Shown here: positions 53,082-64,000 of the stretch, one piece after another
Numbering within the stretch: the first letter of the stretch is position 1
Layout of the letters: each line of letters opens with the position of its first letter
From: Trichoplax sp. H2
Lineage: Eukaryota
Length of the DNA: 64,000 bases
Assembly: GCA_003344405.1 (NCBI GenBank)
Contig: NOWV01000022.1
Coordinates: 372,001-436,000, forward strand
Direction of reading: 5' to 3'
The notes under the pieces: generated by a model
Databases searched by the model: none
What the model saw: the letters and a program-made list of their open reading frames with translations, nothing else
What the model was told of the DNA's origin: nothing
Position numbers and translations under genes: made by a program

Positions 53082-54242
53082 ATGGCGGCAATAGCAAGTG
53101 GCTCTCTCAATCATAACAATTCTCAACTCTTCAATCCAGTCATCTTTCCACAAGTATGCCGCAATAACTCTTATTACATATCGCAAATTGATCATCGCAT
53201 CCATTTTGATCCCAGTTTAACCATTATCCTTATTATTATTATCATTATTATTATGGTTACCGCTTTCATCGGTAATTTTTTAATCATCATTACCATCTAT
53301 TATAGTAAAAGACTGCACACTAATTCTGGATATTTAATGGCTAATTTAGCTGCTGCTGACTTATTATTTAGCTGCACTGTTATCCCATCCACCTTAGTGA
53401 TACTCATTTATAGAAGAAATATCCTTCCATCTGTTCTGTGCGTCATGAGTGGCTTCTTCTATACTCTTGCCGGAGGGACTTCCATTGCCACTATTGCTAG
53501 TATTACAACTGATCGTTTCATAGCAGTTTTTAAACCATTGCATTATCCGAGCTGGATGTCATCGCAATTTATCGCCATCTTAATTGCATTTTCATGGATA
53601 TTTGCTGGTATTCATGCTGTTATACCCATGCTGGGATTGGAATGTTATGGTCTTGGTCGTTATACATTTATGCAAGCATCGGCATCATGTTGGATTGATT
53701 CAACGTTAATGCGTGGTTTACCAAATCAAGTCTATATAACTTTATCCACCATTGAAGTTTGCTTACTGCTATCATTTGTCGTATTCTCTTATATTTTTAT
53801 GTACTGTAAAGCAAGAGATTCTAATCGTAAAGTATGGTCGATTAATTTATCTATTCGCTCTCATGCTGTCCAATCCAATGCATTTACTCAACCTAATCGA
53901 AAGCGCCATATCTGTAAAGCAACCAAAACAACCCTTACGCTTATTAGCGCTTTTCTAGTTTGTTGGACACCAGCAGCTTTAGAAGCAGTTCTAGCGCTGT
54001 ATCTACCCTATCAAATATCTGATGTAGTCTTTTTAGTATTAACCTGGTTGACCTATCTTAACAGTGCAATCAACCCAATTATTTATGGCTTAATGAATCG
54101 TAATTTTATTGAAAGTTTTAGACAGTTAGCAAGACGTTATCAATCCAAACATTGCAACTGGATAGGACCACTCTTTGGGCAGAAAACTTCTGTTACTTTA
54201 GTTGAAAATATACGTGATTCTAAACTCAATCAGTACGGGTAG
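53082..54242 (+). CDS. Rhodopsin-family (class A) GPCR with a single coding exon and opsin-like motifs
   Basis: Seven hydrophobic segments; GN (TM1), LAAADL (TM2), C...DRF (TM3), W (TM4), CWTP (TM6), NPIIY (TM7). First in-frame ATG is at 53082; the ORF track start at 53010 is a TTG. Confidence 0.95.
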   Translation: MAAIASGSLNHNNSQLFNPVIFPQVCRNNSYYISQIDHRIHFDPSLTIILIIIIIIIMVTAFIGNFLIIITIYYSKRLHTNSGYLMANLAAADLLFSCTVIPSTLVILIYRRNILPSVLCVMSGFFYTLAGGTSIATIASITTDRFIAVFKPLHYPSWMSSQFIAILIAFSWIFAGIHAVIPMLGLECYGLGRYTFMQASASCWIDSTLMRGLPNQVYITLSTIEVCLLLSFVVFSYIFMYCKARDSNRKVWSINLSIRSHAVQSNAFTQPNRKRHICKATKTTLTLISAFLVCWTPAALEAVLALYLPYQISDVVFLVLTWLTYLNSAINPIIYGLMNRNFIESFRQLARRYQSKHCNWIGPLFGQKTSVTLVENIRDSKLNQYG

Positions 54243-55556
54243 TTTGTAATTCTATTGAAATGACTACAAATATTACGCATAATTTGTATTCAAGTTATGT
54301 TCTAGTAATTTACTGTATATCTGTAATTTAAAAATTTTACTGACAGTATTCTCTCAGTATTTGAATTGCGAGTATATAGAATCACAGCATATTGTTTAAA
54401 TTGAGCAATTCTTTTTCATTATAATGTAAAATTCGTAATATTGTGACTATATTTCGAGTGAATATTGTCAACTTACTTGTTCCGTTTACATTAATTTGCT
54501 TAATGGATTTGATTAACTGTAATATGAATTAAATAGTTTATATTTCATTTACGTTATCTATGATCACGTAGATATTGATTTACAGATCAAAACTGCTACT
54601 ATTCATATCTATCTAATAGCATTTGATTAATTATCTACCTAAATCCACCTAATTTGGCAGATACAAATCCAATAATTTTCGTAGTTTTAAGATTTGTAAC
54701 AGTAAGAATACATAACTAGGCGAATACTTATCTCGTCAACTTGTTACTGTATCCCAATTGGTAAATTGATTTGTGAATCATGATCGAATAGTTGTTACAC
54801 TGTATTAATGTTTTATTTACTCAATGCTGTACCATCATTACATGGTCACTGATTTTAAATTAAAGTGTAACTTCATTAATAGCATCTTAAAATTTTTAAT
54901 TCTAAATTCCAGTCTACATTAAGTAACCTCAATGTTGCGATCAACCATGCTATAACTTAATGGTATGGTACATATGTTAAACTTATTTCGTTCTTTTTTC
55001 TAAGCATATTTGTTACGTTTATGATAGAATATCGTAAATCTTTTAGAAGTTTAATGCCTGTAAAGTTTACGAAAATCCTACTTCCCATTTATACTCTATC
55101 TGCTGGTAGCATTTGAATTCATTGTTAAATTGCCTATCTTCATGCATCGCTTTACCGCTATAATCGCTATCAGGCGAATAAATTTAATCAGTGATAACAA
55201 TCATAAGCAAAAATAATGGTAATTATTACTAAGTATTCAGTGTTAATAATGTTATCTTTTTAATTTTCAATTAATCTCATTTTAAACTATAAAGTAATTA
55301 AAAGATAGCATATAGGGAAAATAAAATATACCTAACTAACAAACAAATATGTGTATGCAATGTGGCTACTTTCTTTCAAAACACTCTTCATAAATATATT
55401 TCAGATAGTGAATATTACGCCATTAAATACTAATTCATTATATTGATAATCATCTTTGGTTGGATCATAACACTCCGTCTCCTTTTACATCACCGTAAAA
55501 GTATTAACTTAAAACTGTACACTAGCATAATCCATACACAGTTCTAACAAAATGTC

Positions 55557-61083
<5,527 letters not shown>

Positions 61084-63279
61084 CTTGCCAACACAGTTAA
61101 CGTATGTGTTGCTTATGAGCATGCGTAGCTAATGGAAGCACTTCATATGCTTTTTACTGTTGGTTACAGTATATTGACGTTATAGGAACAATCGAAAACT
61201 TCATATGCTGATAATAAATAGTGTACAGCATGCTATGTTTCCAGTATGGATAGTACAAGTCATTATGGTTGACAGATGTGTCTAATACATCACTTCAATT
61301 TGTAGATTACAGTATAGACGAGAGATCACTAGTACGACAACTGACCAATTGTAACTTAATTATTAATTAATTAATTAATTATAATAATTAATAATTCTAT
61401 GGAATGTGTTTCAAGTTACTTTACTAAAGTTAGACTATGTTCAACATATTTGTTTGAAAGATTTTATTTAGTATGTCAACAGTTGCGCAATTTCCAAGGT
61501 ATAGTCCATAGTATAGTGCAGTAAGACTTTCAAGTATGCTGCTATTAAACGTACAGAATCGCAAAATATAAAAATAGAAAAGCTAATTGGAAATTTTTGA
61601 ATATACATAATGACGAAATTATTTCGAATTGCCTACTTGCAGTACAGTGTATATTACTTTTGATAGCATTTTAGTAGACTACCTTTATACGCGGAAGTAT
61701 GTAGTCGGTAGAGAAGCGCTTGACAGTATTTAGCGTGAAAAAGGATCTGAAAGCACAAAAAGAGAACATTGAAGAGTTGAAACGAAAGTATGACAAGCTC
61801 AGCAGCATAACAACGCTGTAATGCATTGACGACCGTCTGCAATACTCACTCGTATAAACTTGCACTACTTCTGTTACTGTGCTAATATAATCTATTCTTG
61901 TGAAATTTAAATGGATTATATGTTACTAAGTTAGCCAGGTTATATATGAGCATTTGAAACAAGGCTGGTATGGTCATGACGATAATTTAGTTTTACAAAT
62001 GTTAGAAAATACTTGCAATTAAAGTAAGTATAACAAAGAAATTAATTATAACCTGCATACATACATTTCTAAATGCGATCGGTCCTAATAAGAAATTTTA
62101 AGAGAATTGAATAATGTTATCGATTGGTATTTAATAACCATTTAAAGAAATTACTTATCAGTCATATCTAACATATACAAAAAATAGACTTTTACTTGAA
62201 AATTATTAGTCATTTAAGTACATACTACTAACCTCGCCAATTTAGGTACACTGCACTGCAGCGCCAATTTCATAAGGCATACCTGTACTTTACTTGCACA
62301 TACGAATATAACCTTTATACAATATCTTTTATCATACGTTTGTTTATCATGACATTCGATAAGCTGTATTATTCGTAATTCGTGGTATAGGCAAATGCCC
62401 GAGCATTTATCATCAATGGTCTTTTGTGGCATAGAAAGTAAATAAAAAGAATGGATCTTGATATCTAGCGAAACTAAATTACGTATAATTAGTCCGATAA
62501 GACAGACAGGACTTTACTAATTTGATGTTACAAATAGGCTACCCTGCCAATGTGAAGCACATTCATTTTCCAAATTGTTAATTTTATATGCATTCTAAGT
62601 ATGCTCATTTTGACGCATCCAGACGCGAAAAGTGTTAACCTAATTAATCATCTTTTGTTAGTTTAGGTTGCACCTTTTAAGGCCAGAACTACAGTAGAAC
62701 TGTAACCCTTATAGCTGCAGTAGCAAGTTGTAATTCTAGCCAGCACAATTCTACTTTACATTAATTTTCTGATGTAGTTTCATAAAAAAAAACGCATTTA
62801 CGAGTGCTGGAGGTACTGGGGAGACGAACTGGCAAACACATTACTAAACCGCTAGAAGACCTGTTAGTAGACTAGGGTACAGTATAGGCGTAAAACACTA
62901 GTACCCGTACGTACTAGGAATAGACTGACACCGGTTCATTCGATCATATCGATTGCCGACATTGTCACGCCCACCTATCAGGTGCTCCCGTAAGCGATTA
63001 CAGTACGTTAATTAAATTAATTAATAAACACCGTTATTAGCAAATCAAAACTGATTTGATGTTGATCAGAAATGCTGTTTTCCCTCTAAATAAATAGCTT
63101 GGCTGTACGTCTTAGCTACTTAAGGCGATGCTCTTATTAGCAAGGGAGTCTTTCATCTACTCAGCAAAATATTGATTGCAAATAGAGCAAAATTCAACGC
63201 GTCTACCGATCGAACTTTGAATTGAACCAGATTTCTAGTTTCTAAAATTGTTGCCTTAATTGCAAATATTAACCATCTT

Positions 63280-63960
63280 TCTAGAACTCTATCTTGATTC
63301 AAATTATTGTACAACGTTAAAATTAATCTACTCGCAAGTCAGGAAAACTGCGATCAGTAGCTACTATCAGTTGCCGTACATACTGCAGTGCTCCAGCATC
63401 AAACGCGAGCCCAATCGGATCGCAAGTTTAGAAAAGTTGATGGGCAGCTTTCATCATCATCAGTTTGAATCTGCAGCTTCTATCAGCTATTATAGCATCA
63501 GGTTCTATCTACTTTTTAAAATTTTTACCTCGTTCACTCTCTTTCTATAACTCTACCTCGATCCAAATTATTGTACGTAGTACGTTGTATCATACAACGT
63601 TAAGCTTAATCCACTCGCAAGTCAGGGAAACTGATCAACACCTTCATGTGAACTCCAATCAACAGCTACTATTAATTTAACCGTACATATTGTAGCATAA
63701 TTTACTGCAACACTGCAGCATTAAACTCAAGCTCAACCTGATTACAGGTTTAGAAAATTGATTAGCAGCTTCTATCTGCTATTACAGCATTAGGTTACAG
63801 CTATTCACAAGTCCAGAAAATTAATCAACACCTTTCGTCATCAATTCGGATCAACAGCTTCTATCAGCTATTACAATATCAGGTTCTATCTATTCGTCGA
63901 GAGTCTAGAAAATAAGTCAGTACCTTTTTCATCACTGATTTCCATTGATAACTTCTACCA
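63280..63960. repeat. Degenerate tandem repeat (~270-290 bp period with sub-repeats)
   Basis: acaacgttaa..ttaatc.actcgcaagtcagg.aaactg at ~63311 and ~63594; cagcttctatcagctatta at ~63474, 63767 and 63855. Confidence 0.8.
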
Positions 63961-64000
63961 GTAATCACTATTGTTTTTATTGTAATTATCTACTCAATAC

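Noticed and set aside
53440..53520. GPCR as a biogenic amine receptor or a true photopigment
   Set aside because: No Asp at 3.32 and no Lys at the 296-equivalent position.
62214..63680. Short ORFs at the window end
   Set aside because: They lie in AT-rich or tandem-repeat DNA with no recognisable protein motifs.

Overview
AT-rich eukaryotic (animal) DNA with short GT-AG introns. Composition and gene content look placozoan (Trichoplax-like), but that is an inference. Spliced genes reconstructed by hand, in order: the 3' part of a GAS2/GAR-domain gene (+); a divergent PGAM5 paralog (-); two SVOP-like MFS transporters (-,-); a canonical PGAM5 (+); two more SVOP-like genes arranged head-to-head (-,+); about 10 kb with no recognisable coding sequence; a class A GPCR with a single coding exon and opsin-like motifs but no retinal-binding lysine (+); and a complete VPS53 (-). 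Non-coding DNA has many local tandem repeats, a 24/27-bp minisatellite, a MITE-like element and a fold-back. No tRNA, rRNA, CRISPR array or prokaryotic system was recognised. Best leads: (i) a PGAM5 paralog with a signal-peptide-like N-terminus and an Arg->Ser change in the phosphate pocket; (ii) four SVOP paralogs with different charged residues in their transmembrane helices and dileucine-type motifs in exon 1; (iii) the placopsin-like receptor; (iv) related repeat cores upstream of both PGAM5 copies. Exon boundaries were read by eye, and those marked ~ may be off by a few nt.
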